In this document: positions 63,358-64,000 of the stretch, one piece after another
Layout of the letters: each line of letters begins with the position of its first letter
How positions within the stretch are numbered: position 1 is the stretch's first letter
NCBI GenBank assembly: GCA_964647855.1
Contig: CAZYJW010000002.1
Location: 308,399-372,398, forward strand
Length of the DNA: 64,000 nucleotides
Reading direction: 5' to 3'
Source: Candidatus Micrarchaeota archaeon
GTDB taxonomy: Archaea > Micrarchaeota > Micrarchaeia > Anstonellales > Bilamarchaeaceae
Program-made: the position numbers and the translations under genes
The notes under the pieces: generated by a model
The model's input: the letters and a program-made list of their open reading frames with translations, nothing else
Told to the model about the DNA's origin: nothing
Database searches by the model: none

Positions 63358-64000
63358 TTGCCAGGCAGGAGCCCGCGCTCGGAAGGTACATGACGTTCGA
63401 GCTGTCCAAGGAGAAGCCGGTGCACGGCTGGTTCTGGTACAAGGAAGGATATGCGCCGGAACTGGTGGAATGGGCCCTGGGGGATTTCGAGGCGCGGGCG
63501 GGGCGGGGCGCGGATTCTGTCCTGGACCCTTTCTGCGGGGTGGGGACGACGCTGCTCTGCGCCAAGGAAAGGGGCATCGCCTCCGCGGGGGTGGACGCGT
63601 CCACGCTCGCCGCGTTCGTATCGAGGGCCAAGACCGACGACTACGATTCGTCCGACATCGAAGCGGCGCTCGCGTTCCTGAACAAGAAGCTCGATTACGG
63701 TTCGGCGCAGGGGCTAAACTGGCAGTTCGAGCTGTTCTCAACAAAGGCGGCATTCCCGAAGCGGAACCACGCCGAGATACTCGCGCTGCGGGAGGCCATC
63801 GAAAACGAGGAGGGGAGGGCGCGGAACCTGCTGCTCCTCGCGCTGCTGTCCATCCTGCCGCAGGCGAGCATCATAATGAAGGACGGCGGCGTCCTGAAAA
63901 TCGACAAGAGGAAGAGGGCGCTTCCGGCGCGGGAGATATTCCGCAGGAAGGTGAAGCGGATGTGCCGCGAGCTCATTGGAAGGCCGCAGGGCCACGTGCC
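63354..64000 (+). CDS. SAM-dependent methyltransferase (DNA-methylase-like), 3' end outside window
   Basis: Not in ORF track (no stop in window). ATGA overlap with rnhA stop; open frame with GC3 bias to the window edge; motif I VLDPFCGVGTT. Confidence 0.6.
   Translation, partial: MIARQEPALGRYMTFELSKEKPVHGWFWYKEGYAPELVEWALGDFEARAGRGADSVLDPFCGVGTTLLCAKERGIASAGVDASTLAAFVSRAKTDDYDSSDIEAALAFLNKKLDYGSAQGLNWQFELFSTKAAFPKRNHAEILALREAIENEEGRARNLLLLALLSILPQASIIMKDGGVLKIDKRKRALPAREIFRRKVKRMCRELIGRPQGHV

Noticed and set aside
1-64000. CRISPR arrays, rRNA genes, transposases, integrases, prophage or toxin-antitoxin modules
   Set aside because: None found on either strand. The only multi-copy short repeats are the 28-nt element (3 copies) and in-frame protein repeats.

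Overview
GC-rich archaeal chromosomal segment, densely coding on both strands, with short AT-rich intergenic islands. All calls come from reading the sequence and ORF track; no database search was run, and family names rest on remembered motifs and synteny. Archaeal origin is supported by the split exosome superoperon (csl4-rpoL; sdo1-rrp4-rrp41-rrp42-rpl37ae-rpoP-brix-pcc1-pfdB), LonB, Elp3, an EndA-like protein, NAC, S3Ae/S15, RtcA, ThpR, Fap7 and ScpB. TATA-like boxes lie about 25-40 nt upstream of many start codons, so many transcripts look leaderless or short-leadered. Operon-internal genes use GGAGGTGA-like SD sites or ATGA/TGATG stop-start overlaps. True reading frames show G/C-rich third codon positions; I used this to trim ORF-track starts and to reject many long off-frame or antisense ORFs. 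Main find: a tightly coupled ~12.3 kb operon (41623-53875). It encodes six mutually paralogous polytopic membrane proteins, one carrying a 32-Cys ectodomain insertion. These are followed by a 1329-aa Cys-rich lipoprotein-like exoprotein, a triple zinc-ribbon protein and a GNAT-like protein. A 1164-aa signal-peptide/TM protein is transcribed divergently from the same ~100-nt promoter region. I recognise no described system with this architecture. Other notable items: a >3046-aa giant ORF with an embedded PPP phosphatase domain and 110-aa tandem modules; a 44-aa RpoP homolog lacking all four zinc cysteines; a tRNA-Ser(UGA) with two predicted introns plus an EndA-like protein with substituted catalytic residues; an S3Ae gene with no canonical start codon; and a 460-nt AT-rich intergenic region with a GNRA-capped hairpin and a repeated GTTT-N4-AAAC element that recurs inverted 2.2 kb away. 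No CRISPR array, rRNA, transposase or integrase was seen.
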